NCBI RefSeq assembly: GCF_006345805.1
Contig: NC_043004.1
Span: forward strand, 14,446,001-14,510,000
Direction of reading: 5' to 3'
From: Octopus sinensis
Taxonomy: Eukaryota
DNA: 64,000 nucleotides
Shown here: positions 35,618-48,857 of the stretch, in pieces
Position numbering within the stretch: the stretch's first letter is position 1
Layout: each line of letters starts with the position of its first letter
Translations under genes and position numbers: made by a program
Notes under the pieces: model-generated
What the model was told of the DNA's origin: nothing
The model's database searches: none
The model's input: the letters and a program-made list of their open reading frames with translations, nothing else

Positions 35618-37059
35618 ATATATATGTGTATGTATATGTATGTGTGTGTATATTTATTTGCATGTTTATGCGTGTATAAACGTGCATTATTTGCATGCGC
35701 ATTGTGTATATGTATATTGTATGTATGTGTATTGTATATGTATGTGTACAATTAAGTGTATATGTGTGTGTATGTGTGCATTGTATATATGTATATTGTA
35801 GGTGTGCCATATGTGCATGAATACATGTATATGCATTGCGTGTATATATATGTATGCATTGTGTATGTATGTTATGTGTGTGTGTGTTTATATATATTAT
35901 ATGTATGCGTACGTGTATGTGTATGCATTGTATGTATATTGTGTGTATATGTGGTATATCTATGTATGTGTATGTGAACACTATTTATATGTATACATGT
36001 ATATATGTATATGCATTGTCTATATATATATATATTATATGTATGTATTGCGTACGTATATTGCATGCATATATTGTGTATGTGCATTATATACATGCTG
36101 TATTTGTATATTGTATGTGTATATATATGCTATGTGTATTTGTGTGATATTTATATTATGTATGGATGTGTGCGTGTGTTGTGTGTGTGTGTGTGTGTGT
36201 GTTGTGTGTGTATGTGTGTTATATATATGTGTGTATATTATATACAAATACATGTTATATTTGTGTGTTGTGTGTATATATTATATATGTGGGTGCGTTG
36301 TGTGTGTGTGTGTTCTGTGGGTGTGTGTGTGTTGTGTGTATGTGGTGTGTGTTTTTATACTATGTGTGTGTGTGTGTTGTTGTGTGTGTGTGTATATATG
36401 TGTGTGACAAACAGACGCTGCTTGACCAGCACGCACGGACACATCTATTCACACCCACATACTAACCTCCTGATAACCCCAAAACCATTGATGCTTGAAG
36501 GGGAGTATACACCACACTGGGTACAACCTTTTTTCTCTCAATTCAACCTTTCTGCCAAAACAAACAGGTCAGTAACAACATATTCTCGCCTTCAACTTAA
36601 AATATTCTGAGATGTATAAAAAATCCATTTTAATTTTTGCTGTCAAAAGATGGTATACCATTACCAAAGACTGTATATATATACATGTAATGTGACAATT
36701 TGCGACAACCAATAATTAACGCAACCAAATTTCCAATAATATATTTGTTTTATCCTTTTCTGCCAATTTTTCCAAATATTCTCATCACACATTGAACTTC
36801 TCTGTTACCAAACACTATATTTATACATGTAATGTGACAATTTTGTATAAAAAAACATTTTTGAATTCATAATATCCAATGTGACAATTATGTAAAAAAC
36901 TTTTTTGAATGCATAATATTCAATGTGACAATTATCTAAAAAACTTTTTTGAACCCATATTATTCAATGTTACTTTTGACAATCTTTTACCAAAGAGTGA
37001 AACCGGTTAAGTAAATAAAAAACGTTTAAATTGCATTTTCAAACCTTTTTTCTTATATA
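34941..37059 (+). repeat. Pseudo-LTR copy 2
   Basis: Collinear direct repeat of 29077-31225 with few substitutions and microsatellite length differences. Confidence 0.92.
36970..37014 (+). ncRNA. Candidate minimal hammerhead, U3-A8 variant (copy 2)
   Basis: 45 nt identical to 31136-31180. Confidence 0.65.
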
Positions 37060-37413
37060 TATATATATATACATATATAATTTCAAATTAATAATTAATG
37101 GTTAAAATCAATTTCTTAAATTAATTAATCAATTAATTAATAATTTTACCAAGTAAATCGGTACGTTAAAATAATCTTTAAAGGTAAAATTTTAGAAATA
37201 TTCTATAATTATAAACATAATTATAATTAGTTGAATGAATCGTGTTGATTCATTATTTTTCTCTTTGCCTACATAAAAAAAAGTGTGTTACTGTCTGGGA
37301 GATTTTTACGGTAGTATAGAAAAGGAATTTTTAACTCCTATTTCAAATTCGGTATGTGGTGAAGCAATTAGCTGACCAATAATTATAATTATGTTTATAA
37401 TTATAGAATAGGT

Positions 37414-37455
<42 letters not shown>

Positions 37456-37500
37456 TATATATATATTATTACATTATATAAAAATATTACTTATAGTTAA

Positions 37501-39225
37501 AAATAAATTACTTTGCCGCATACTGAACTCATTAGAAATAGCAGCTAAAAAAACTTTTTTAAAACTATTTCTAATACTTAAAGAAAACCTCTCTCATATA
37601 GTGTTTGCTCAATTCAACTCACGCAAATATGGGGGTAGAGACATTAAAAAATCAAGTGCAAAGGTTATTTGAGAACGTACGTTTCAAGATTAGTCAAAGT
37701 CGACATTTCTTCATCATCAGCTCAGAACTCCCTGGTTTGGATTTGAAAACACTGAAAGTGGGAGCATACCCTTTCGGCTTCCTCTCGCTTCTGAAGATCT
37801 GCTCGTAACTAACAGTGCCAACAAACTCAAAATGCAAGCGAAGAATTTCTGCTCTCCCCTTTCCACCAGCGTGGGTTAAAATCAGTAAACACTATGCTTT
37901 TTTCGGTAAAATCCGCGGCATTATATAGAGAGAGATGAATTATAATTTCAACAATTGAGGGTAAAATTAATTAATTAATCAATTTCACCACCAAGTATTC
38001 AGTATGCAAAGGGACCATTTAAGGCGAATTCAAATTATTACATATATAAAAGGGCTTAGTAAATAATTACTTTGCCGCATACTGAACTCATTAGAAATAG
38101 CAGCTAAAAAAACTTTTTTAAAACTATTTCTAATACATAAAGAAAACCTCTCTCATATAGTGTTTGCTCAATTCAACTCACGCAAATATGGGGGTAGAGA
38201 CATTAAAAAATCAAGTGCAAAGGTTATTTGAGAACGTACGTTTCAAGATTAGTCAAAGTCGACATTTCTATCATCAGCTCAGAACTCCCTGGTTTGGATT
38301 TGAAAACACTGAAAGTGGGAGCATACCCTTTCGGCTTCCTCTCGCTTCTGAAGATCTGCTCGTAACTAACAGTGCCAACAAACTCAAAATGCAAGCGAAG
38401 AATTTCTGCTCTCCCCTCCCCTTTCCACCAGCGTGGGTTAAAATCAGTAAACACTATGCTTTTTTCGGTAAAATCCGCGGCATTATATAGAGAGAGATGA
38501 ATTATAATTTCAACAATTGGGGGTAAAATTAATTAATTAATCAATTTCACCAAGTATTCAGTATGCAAAGGGACCATTTAAGGCGAATTCAAATTTTACA
38601 TTATATAAAAGTCCCTTTGCATACTGAATACTTGGTGAAATTGATTAATTATTAATTTTACCCTCAATTGTTGAAATTATAATTCATCTCTCTCTATATA
38701 ATGCCGCGGATTTTACCGAAAAAAGCATAGTGTTTACTGATTTTAACCCACGCTGGTGGAAAGGGGAGAGCAGAAATTCTTCGCTTGCATTTTTGAGTTT
38801 GTTGGCACTGTTAGTTACGAGCAGATCTTCAGAAGCGAGAGGAAGCGAAAGGGTATGCTCCCACTTTCAGTGTTTTCAAATCCAAACCAGGGAGTCTGAG
38901 CTGATGATAGAAATGTCGACTTTGACTAATCTTGAAACGTACGTTCTCAAATAACCTTTGCACTTGATTTTTTAATGTCTCTACCCCTATTTGCGTGAGT
39001 TGAATTGAGCAAACACTATATGAGAGAGGTTTTCTTTAAGTATTAGAAATAGTTTTAAAAAAGTTTTTTAGCTGCTATTTCTAATGAGTTCAGTATGCGG
39101 CAAAGTAATTTATTTTACTAAGCCCTTTTATATAATGTAATAATTTGAATTCGCCTTAAATGGTCCCTTTGCATACTGAATACTTGGTGAAATTGATTAA
39201 TTAATTAATTTTACCTCAATTGTTG

Positions 39226-39229
<4 letters not shown>
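37501..39229. repeat. 560 bp unit array: two direct copies, then an inverted copy plus a partial copy (large palindrome)
   Basis: Units start at 37501 and 38061 (AAATA.ATTACTTTGCCGCATACTG). From 38611 the sequence is the reverse complement, with a 36 nt spacer at 38575-38610. Confidence 0.93.
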
Positions 39230-39281
<52 letters not shown>

Positions 39282-39399
39282 CGAATGACATTTTTGTAAC
39301 CAAAGCTAGCAACTCTGAGTTTCAGTTTTATTAAACGAATTTGGTGATCGTTATCGATCTTATCCAACACCAGATTTCTATATATTGCCAACCTACACC

Positions 39400-40990
39400 A
39401 ACCACCGAGTGCAATACTCAACTGGAAGTTACAGGACGCATCCCGGGCTCCGAGTTAAGTCTTTGGTTGGATACCAAATCCGACCACTGGTAACCCGTAA
39501 TGATGCGAAGTGTCCTCTTACCAAAGGACTTCACGCGACTCCTAAGGGCACGGGATAGTATCCAAGTTTCGCAACGATGGAGCAAGTAAGGGACGGCCAG
39601 AAACCTAAAAGCAAGAACGTTTGTTCTCCTGATCAGATATATCCCTGACAAGAGAGTGAACAATTGTACTAGCGCTTCCAAGTCTTTTTAGGTCTTCGGA
39701 CTCGCACAATAACTTCGACATTCTCACTCGCAACAGAGACAGACAAGATGGAGTGCTCCAAGAAGCCAACGAAATCTTCTTCACGACCTAAGAAATTCTA
39801 AGTTCGAGTGGGTTCACTCCTTCGCTTAGTGAACGGAGAACACTTAAGACATCCAAAGACTCGGCAAGAATAAGTGTATCATCAGCAAATCCAGCACAGT
39901 AATCATAGTTTCACCAATGAGTGCACTGGAACTTGATCGAGCCACCAATTGACCAAGTAGTCAGCTGACGCAGACGTTCATCTACTCTCGCCCTCCTCAC
40001 ATATTCCTCGAACCTGTTTTTCCTTGTCAGTCCTCAGTCCTCTCACTACCCAACATCTCAACACCCGAAGCATATCACCAGGAACTCTGTCCAGTTACAC
40101 CCTGTGACTGCAGACCACCAAAGAGTCTCTTTGGAAAAAATGCATTTCCTGGCGGCCTATGTCTGAAAACTAATTCACACACTAGCAGTCGAACAGCCGG
40201 GTGCCGCTATGAGTTTGCCACATTCGTGCAGAACCAGTCGAGGGACCATCACTAGATAGCACAGACCGAAGCTGCTGCGAATATGTCTCGCTTATATTAT
40301 TGTCTTTGGGTCTGCCAACATGCGTTCAGGGATTAGGCATTTTCAGCCTCTTGAATTTCAGTCGTAAACTCACGCTCTGCAATCAAATACGACACCGAGA
40401 GAATGTCGAATTCTGAGCCGAATTAAAAAGTTATGGACAGGTGTTACATCTACTACCATTGAACCAGCCAGTCGGCCACTGAAGTGATGAACGCCCCCCC
40501 CCCCCACACACACACACCAAACACAAACCTCCCAACATGCTGGTCAGCAGAACGCCCAGGCCAGTAGAGGTGAAAACCTCTGTTTGAGATTTCTCCCCTC
40601 CCTTGTCCACACACCTATGACCAGGCCACCAAAAACGGCCGAGATCTCAGAACATGAAGGAAAGATGTTAGTCATCCTTCAAAGAAAGAATATTCCAGGT
40701 CCCCACCTATACAGGCTTCAGTTTGAACAGAATCTCCCTAATCCTACCGGATGACATTTTGCAGCACGCAGACAATACTCTCGAAACCAATCTGTCCTCA
40801 AGGATTTTACTCCATTTGGCGGATAAGGTTTTCACTGGTATCTCCCAACCATTTCATATGATGTGCCTTATAGGTTTTCGAGGTACTTCACCGTAGTAAG
40901 GAACTTGATGGCTCTGAGATATATCTGTCTCAAACTATTTTAGTTGCCTTTTACGACATGCAGAGGAGACGTTGCGTATATTCATTAGCA
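39400..40990 (-). mobile_element. RTE-type LINE, 5' end to post-RT region, large internal deletions
   Basis: 5' motif CTCTGCATGTCGTAAAAGGCAACTAAAA (~40975); APE start VGTWNILSL (~40720); linker LRTDKEKQVRGICEE; FADDTLILAES (~39890); LLHRCETWIL...GYQWSDLVSNQRL. Confidence 0.82.
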
Positions 40991-41069
40991 TCCTGGTCCT
41001 ATTATTTTAAAGTATAACATAACACAAATATTCATGTGAAGTGTATAAGTATATGAGAAAATATAGCAT

Positions 41070-41135
41070 TGCAGCTTGGTTCAACCAAAGCCTTGTGAGC
41101 TGATTTGGTAGACGGAAACTGAAAGAAATCCGTCG

Positions 41136-41167
<32 letters not shown>

Positions 41168-41425
41168 GTGTGTGTGTGTGTGTGAGTTTGTGTGTGTTTG
41201 TGTGTGTATGTGCGTACGTGTGTATGTATTTGTGTGTCTGTGTTTGTCCCCCACCCCCAGCATCGATTGACAACGGATGTTGGCGTGTTTACGTTCCCGT
41301 AATTTAGCGCTTCGGCCAAATCGAGAGGCATAAGAACTAGGCTTACAAACAATATGTCCTGGTGTCGATTTGTTTGACTAAAGGCGGTGCTCTAGCATGG
41401 CCGCAGTGAAATGACTGAAACAGGT
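41070..41425 (+). mobile_element. SINE family B, 5'-truncated
   Basis: ACCAAAGCCTTGTGAG...GACGGAAACTGAAAGAAATCCGTC, internal microsatellite, standard tail. Confidence 0.88.
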
Positions 41426-42076
41426 AAAAAAAAATAATAAAAGCTATTTATTAAAAAAAAAATTGATGATGAGAGTTCTACTACTACTCGTTCCTAATTA
41501 ATCTTCCACAACCTCTGGAGATTCTGAAATTTTCGTACCGAATTCTATTTATTTGAGTGGGCAACTGAAGACTTACTACATCAGGATCTGTAACATTTTG
41601 CAAAGTTTGTTCGAAACTGGGTTTGAAATGGGTTCTTTTTTTTATGGTGCTTTCAATGTGAATCCATATCTTTTCTCGATCCGTGTTTTGTTAGGATATT
41701 CCGTGTGAATACTGCATAGGCGTCCTCTCTGAGATTTCCTGTAGCTATGAGGTATCTTGCTTTTTCTCACTGAATATTATCGAGTGCATTAAATAATAGA
41801 TTGTATAGTTAAAAAGTATTGGGAAAAGCACGCTACTTAAAATACAGCAGTGAGAAAATACTTGTTAATATTTAATATCTACACTTTTAACAGAATTTTC
41901 ATTAAAAAAATGTTATATGAAAAAAAATCAATACCTTATAGTGTAATAAAAAAACAAAAATCGAATGCATATTTAAACATCGTGGAAACTGACGGGGTAA
42001 TCTAGATGCGTGTGTATATATATACATACATACATATATATATATAGTGTGTCTCTGTGTGTGTGCGTTTTTGTGT

Positions 42077-42313
42077 GGAGGCACAATGGTCCAGTGGTTA
42101 GGGCAGCGGACTCGCGGTCGGAGGATCGCAGTTTCGATTCCCAAACCGGGCGTTGTGTGTGTTTATTGAGCTAAAACACCGAAAGCTCCACGAGCGTCCG
42201 GCAGGGGGTGGTGACGACCCCTGTTGTACTCTTTCGCCCCAACTTTCTCTCACTATTTCTTCCTGTTTCTGGAGTATCACTGCGATGGACTGGCGTTCCG
42301 TCCAGCCGGGGGG
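42077..42313 (+). mobile_element. tRNA-derived SINE, family C (V-domain-like segment)
   Basis: Head GGAGGCACAATGGTCCAGTGGTTAGG...GTTTCGATTCC; CTGCGATGGACTGGCGTTCCGTCCAG segment. Confidence 0.85.
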
Positions 42314-42336
42314 AACACACATATATATATATATAT

Positions 42337-42372
<36 letters not shown>

Positions 42373-42405
42373 TACACATATATATATATGTTGGTGTTGT
42401 GTGTA

Positions 42406-42437
<32 letters not shown>

Positions 42438-43226
42438 TATAACAAAGTGAAGTTGTAAGGTACCGCACGATGGAAATATATATGAAAGAAGGTTTGGAAA
42501 CGCAATTTTAAAGATGTTTACTCACTAGACTGGCTTCACTTTTTTAGAAAAAGATTGTCAAAAGTAAAAGTTAAGGCTTTGTATAAGTTTTGTTGTGTTA
42601 AGTTCTGGTTGTCACATATGTATTAAAATACATATATACATTCTTTGATAATAATGAGAAAATGTTAAAAACAGTTTACAAGAATGTATTTAAGGAAATA
42701 TTGAACAAAAAGTATTAGGAGTTCATTTAAAATCATGTTTGTTTGGTAGTATCTATATACACAGGAAGGAGATATATTTAAGAGTTTACAAAGAATTTGA
42801 GAGGAACCAACCTGTTTTCTTAGCATTTTCTATTTTGTGTGTTTGCGATTTTAAGGGACAGTGTGTCTGTCATAGTTCAGTGGATTTGGGGACTGGTCTT
42901 AGAGGTCAGAACGGTGTGAGTGAGTGTGTCACTGTGCACGTCTCTATGTGTGTGTGTATATACATGTGTATGTGTTTGTGTGTGGGGGCTGTTTTTGATT
43001 GGTCTCAGAGTTTATTGTGGTGTGTGTAAGTGTGCCTGTGTGTTTTATATTTGGTAGGATTGTGTGCGTATATGTGTGCACGTTTGTGTGTGTGTGTATG
43101 TATTTGTTCGTTTGTGTATATGTGTCTGTCTGAGTATGTGTTGTTCTAATTGTCTTTGTGGTATGTGTGTGTGAGCAACCATATGTGTATGTGAGAGTGC
43201 ATAGGTATATACGCTAACCACTGGTA

Positions 43227-43290
<64 letters not shown>

Positions 43291-43293
<3 letters not shown>

Positions 43294-43593
43294 ACAACAC
43301 TCCGTTGGTTACGACGACGAGGGTTCCAGTTGATTCAATCAACGGAAAAGCCTGCTCGTGAAATCAACGTGCAAGTGGCTGAGTACTCGCGGAGATTTAG
43401 CATGACAACAGAAACAGGAAGAAAGAGTGAGACAAATATGTGGCGAAAGAGTACAGCAGGGTTCGCCACCAACCCCCGCAAGAGTCTCGTGGAGTTTTAA
43501 CTGGTTTCGCTGAATAAACATTCACAACGCCTGGTTTGGTAATCGAAACCGCGATCCTATGACCACAGCCCGCTGTCGTAAACACTGGGCCAT
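43291..43593 (-). mobile_element. SINE family C variant
   Basis: The head and the GAAAGAGTACAGCAGGG body align in reverse with 42077-42313. Confidence 0.8.
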
Positions 43594-43652
43594 GTATATT
43601 ATCTTTATAATAAATAATACATTTATATAATACACGCACATATATAAACATG

Positions 43653-43715
<63 letters not shown>

Positions 43716-43816
43716 ATATATTTATGTATGTGTGTGTGTACATATATGTTGTATATATATAACTAAATAAATATATATATATTTACATATTTACATACAT
43801 TTTTATGTGTGTCTGT

Positions 43817-43886
<70 letters not shown>

Positions 43887-44750
43887 GTATGTATGTGTGT
43901 GTGTGCACACGGAAAAGAAAACTCTTAAAATAAACTGCTTTAATGGAGCTGAAATTATGTTGAATATGAATCGATTGAATATGTATCCAACATAATGCAT
44001 AAAGCAAAAAAACAAACAAAATGAAAGAAAAAGAAAAATTCTAATAAAAAGTAGGTGATAGAGAAGAAAGAGAAATACTTTCCAAATATCCAGGAAGGAA
44101 TCACAGTGAGAATTGCTAGAGTTAGAGTAATATTTTTGCCTTGGGGAGAATACATCTCGAATATTGATCTTTCTATTATGGTTGTCAACAAAAGCCTTTA
44201 AATCATACAGTGATATACTTAAGCATATGGTTATCTCGCAACCTAAATGAGTCAAATGAGAGCTATTGAATGAGCGAACCAAAAAATAGTGTTTGGTGTA
44301 AAGTACATGAAAAAGCGCAAGAAGGTAAACAGATTAATGGGCAAAGTTGGGGAAAATTTTCGTGTTTTAAGTTCCCCCTTAAGTTAATGTGAAAATAAAT
44401 TCTATAGACCAATACCTAAAAAAAAAATACTTCTGGAGATTTGTTCACATTTATGCATAAGTTAACTTACAATGAAATCAGCAAGAATTGTGATAGAAGT
44501 GAATATGTTGACCATTAACAAGAAGTTTTGTCGGATAAAATTGAGAAGATTGCAACCGTATAAATTCTAGAGCGTTATAATCTTGTTAAACTCGGTAAGG
44601 ATTCGCGGGATGACTTCGCATTCATTCTCACATTCAAGAGCAATTATCGGCGTATTCAATAGTTGATTCTGGACCAATAACCTCGAATAACTATCTATAT
44701 AAAGGACAATCCACACATACGGTATAGAAAAACTGCACGCCGATAACTGC

Positions 44751-44976
<226 letters not shown>

Positions 44977-44977
44977 A

Positions 44978-45021
<44 letters not shown>

Positions 45022-45049
45022 ATTTATATCAATCTATCTATCTGCCTGT

Positions 45050-45955
45050 CTCTCCCCAAAAAGAAAAGCTCTTCTTTGTAATTTGTCTTCTCTGTCGTCA
45101 TCTTCATCGCTGACAGTGACAACATCCTCAGCAACAGGAACAACTTCAACCTGTGGAGGAAATGTTGAAGCGGTGACACCACATCATGTTGACTTGAAGT
45201 TTATGGTAGAGTATTATCAAGTGTGAACACTGCTGCTACTCCTTCATACTTCCTAGCTATTTTCTTGAATATATCCTGCAGTGTCTGTTGCTTCATATAC
45301 TTGAATCTTACTCTAAGTTTACTTTTGTCTGCTGAACGGTTTTCACCATATACCTCACGAAACTGTAAGCCATGTCGCGTCTTGAATCGATGCAGTCAAT
45401 CTTCTGAATATTCACACTTGTATTGCAATCCTAGCTCTTCATGAAACACTTTGGTTTCTTCCTTTGATAAATCACCAGAAATGTCCACACCTTCACTTGC
45501 ACAAAGACTAACCAGGTTATGAGAACTTGGTCCAGTTCCGAAATTTTCTCCTCTCTCATTAACTTCCTTTATAAACATTTGCTTCTTTGAACCACTGTCA
45601 GAAAAGAACTTTAACATATTTTCATTCTGATTTTTAATATCATAAACAAATTGAAGAGCCAAAGTGGTATGTTTCACAAATGGTTCGCACAGACACGTTT
45701 AGCATTTCCACTTTCTCTGCGATCGACAACATACCATGTTTACAGTTTACACCACCTCTTTTCTTCGCTGAATCCATATTGGGGCTATACAGCATCAAGT
45801 AAATGATAAAATGAGGACTGAGCATCAAAACATAAACGGTGCCTTCAGAAAACAGTGGCGCGCCAACGCGGTAAATTTGAAAATGCGCCCCGAAATCCAT
45901 GCCGGAAATCTGAAGGAACCGGATTTTCGATGGCCGGATTTTCGAATGTCATCTG
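45050..45955 (-). mobile_element. Tigger/pogo-like transposon remnant (CENP-B-type HTH retained, DDE deleted)
   Basis: Terminus CAGATGACATTCGAAAATCCGG; KHGMLSIAEKVEML..VSVRTICETY; VYDIKNQ..LKFF; GVDISGDL...FHEELGL..CEYS..LHRFKTRHG; acidic tail VSDEDDDRED. Confidence 0.82.
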
Positions 45956-46813
45956 CATATGATACGGACTCTGAGAATGGTGTGGCTGTCACAGATATTT
46001 CCTCTAACAGATTCGGCTATCACACCAAATAGCATTCCAATACAGAAAAGCGTAATGGAGAGTCCTGATCTATATTTTACACATTATTGAAGTTGCTGTT
46101 ATCTTAAGACCGCATTTTTCATTAATCTTGGAACGTCTTTATACTCCTGATTGCCTCTATTTTAGATTTATTCTATTTACATCTTAAATTTTCTTAAGTC
46201 CTGTGGTCGATTTGCCCGACTAAGTCGGGTGCTCCAGCATGGCTGCAGTCATATGACTGAAACAAGAAAAAGACTAAGCTATTTTTTATATTTACTTCAA
46301 CTGTTTTACTTCCACTATTTTACTACATTGTTTTTTTTTAACATTCAGGGTGTTCAACTCCTTGAAAGCTGTTGAATGGAAGGGTGTTCAACTTCTTAAA
46401 CTTTTATCTAGCTGCTAAACTGATATCAAACAACATATCTATATTTTACAGACAAAACCATGTTAATTTCGGGGTTCCATACATTGTGTATATACAGGGA
46501 AAACTTTGTAAGTATGATTGCAGTAACTATGAAGTTCTGGTGTTCTGATAAGCTATCTTTTTTACTTGGATTGATATATGACTACACAACATATTGTAAA
46601 ATGCATAGCATGCATATTAATGCAAACAGATAAACGTAATTTTATTCTCTACTGAAATTATTGCTATACGGAGAAGGCTGCGAAAAGTCTGCAATGCCAA
46701 GGATGTCTAGAGGCTAGATAAATATATTCATCCATCAAAAGCTCCTGCAATTTTATTGCACACACCACGCATCTATATACATATATATGTGTATATATAT
46801 ATTATATATATAT

Positions 46814-46855
<42 letters not shown>

Positions 46856-46864
46856 CTGTGGCAG

Positions 46865-47072
46865 CCAATGGCGCTCGCTCCAAGGAGGCAGTAATAGCGA
46901 GCCGATTGCCTCGGGAAACTGCCTTGGGGCTGCTGCCATCTATGGTAGCTCTTTCGGACATGCTTTCTATTATACAAACAGACTAACTAGATATGCCGAA
47001 GACACAAAAGTTCTACAACCCGTCGACAACCCTTCCGATGCTAATCCTTTAAAGAAAAATCTCGATGCATTA
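46865..47072 (+). mobile_element. CR1/L2-like RT fragment
   Basis: VIASRLPRETALGLLPSMVALSDML resembles SGVPQGSVLGPLLF..INDL; then RYAEDTKVLQPVDNPSDANPLKKNLDAL resembles YADDTK...LQxDL. Confidence 0.65.
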
Positions 47073-47074
47073 TA

Positions 47075-47900
47075 CGAGGTTATATCTAAAGGTTCTTGGA
47101 TAGTTCTGTAGTGATCTAACAGATGGCAGCACATGGTTGCGTGGGCAGTGAACTTCATGAGGCAGTGCACCAAATGACATCACTGTGTTTACTTCGCAAA
47201 TTGTGAAATTGGTGTTTTCTGATCCCGTGTAAGATGTAGTCTGCGATTGTTGTCATTGAGAAGTTGAAACAAAGCGCCAACATGAAATTTTGCGTTAAAC
47301 TTAGGAAGTACACTCATACCATGGCAAGTTCACACCTAGGAGGAAATGGACCGTACCCAATGTTTCGAGTAGCAGGGGCCCTTCAAAAGCGGAAGAGCGT
47401 CCTTGGAAGTTGATGATCGATCTGGAAGACCTGCCATGAAATGTGGAGGAAATTTCTTAGCTTTTGCATGAGAATTGTTGGAGGACAATCAAAAACATTG
47501 CTGATGTAGCTGTTCTTTCGTATGGGACCTTGCAGGCAAACCTAGTGTCTGAATTATTCACGAAGACAATGCACCATGTGTCCGAGCTCTCATCACTCGT
47601 CATTTTCTTGCCAAAAACAACATGGTACCACTTCCACACCCACCCTATTCGCCAGATTTAGCACATGCTGCGGACTTCTATCTCTTCCCTAAAATGAAAG
47701 TGCAGTTCAAATATCGCCGTTTTAGCACTTTTGTCGAGGTCCAGAGCCAATAGCAGAAGGTTCTCGACTCGCTTATGGAAAACATCTTCGAGGCCGGATT
47801 TCAAAAGTGACAGGAACGCTGAGACCGGTGCACTGCTGTGCAAGGAGACTATTTCGAAGGGGATGATATTAAATTTATCATGTATCACAATAGCTTGGGA
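47075..47900 (+). mobile_element. Mariner (DD34D) element, internally deleted
   Basis: TA|CGAGG start; QSANMKFCVKL...RTQCFE...FKSGRASLEVDDRSGRP; HFLAKNNMVPLPHPPYSPDLA..DFYLFPKMK...QGDYFEGD. Right TIR not clear. Confidence 0.85.
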
Positions 47901-48439
47901 TTCAAAGGCCCACAGCGATTTAATATCTGAGAGATTGATCTACATGGAGTAGGGGTAAATGTTTTCAAGAAACAAACTTATCTCCTGCTGTTTACTGTCC
48001 TAAATGAACCTGTACCACGGAAAAAATCTCAAAGTGGGCAGCAATATCGAACTCTCTCCTTCACAGAAAACCTATTACAAAAGAATGGCTATTAAAAAGT
48101 TGATACTACTAGCTGTATTCTAACATGACCACACCCATGGTAAACCTTTATAGTTATTTTAGGGATTCGGTGACAAATTGTTGCAGTAATAGGCATGGTG
48201 CATACATATGCAATAAATTGACGTTACCAAGTGGAAACATAATAAATCAGTTTAAGCTATAAGCTACCGCAATCTGATCCCTTCATAGGAATTAATAAAT
48301 ATAGTAGTTTAAAGGTAATGCTATAACGTGCCACTACAATAAGAATTTCAGAAAAAGCTGAGTGCGTAGGCAATTGTCTCCATTTTGGCCATTTCAAATG
48401 GGGTTGTATGGGTAGAGTGTTTATTCATCTTCTCCCTTG

Positions 48440-48830
48440 TGGCATAATAGAAGCAACTGTCATTAGACTTATCGGCTGGATTCCCAAGTGGGACCAAGTA
48501 AGACTATGGATATTATCAAATCATTTCATCTTTGGTCTATCCCTACGGCTCTTGCAGGCTGGCTCAGCTTGAAGCATCCTTCTTGCGACAGTCTCCTGGG
48601 GCTTTCAAATCGTATGTCCATAGCACCGGTTCTGTAACTTAGAGAAGTACCAGCTCGAACTGGAGAGGCTCTTTGATCTCCGGGCTACGCATTCTGTCAA
48701 GTATTGTTACACTAGAGATCTTCTGGAGGAACCCATTTTGGTTGCTTGTATTCGGTATCGTACTTATTCTGTCATTATCCAACATTCATAACAATAGGTG
48801 AGCCGAACTGAAGATAGCGAATTTGGCTTT
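48440..48830 (-). mobile_element. RTE-clade (Expander/Rex3-like) LINE 3' fragment
   Basis: KKAKFAIF...GFLQKISSVTILDRMRSPEIKEPLQFELVLL...RDRPKMK*FDNIHSLTWSHLGIQP. Confidence 0.75.
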
Positions 48831-48857
48831 TTTTACCAACCTCTTCTCTTCTGAGAA

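Larger units (their letters stand above)
29077..37059 (+). mobile_element. Near full-length Penelope-like retroelement (Neptune-like) with two ~2.1 kb pseudo-LTRs
   Basis: Direct repeats 29077-31225 and 34941-37059 enclose ORF1, RT and GIY-YIG; both outer flanks are (TA)n. Confidence 0.93.

Noticed and set aside
37700-37730. CTGATGA...GAAATGTC on the minus strand of the 560 bp unit, hammerhead-like
   Set aside because: No helix II or helix I can form, and the spacing differs between copies.
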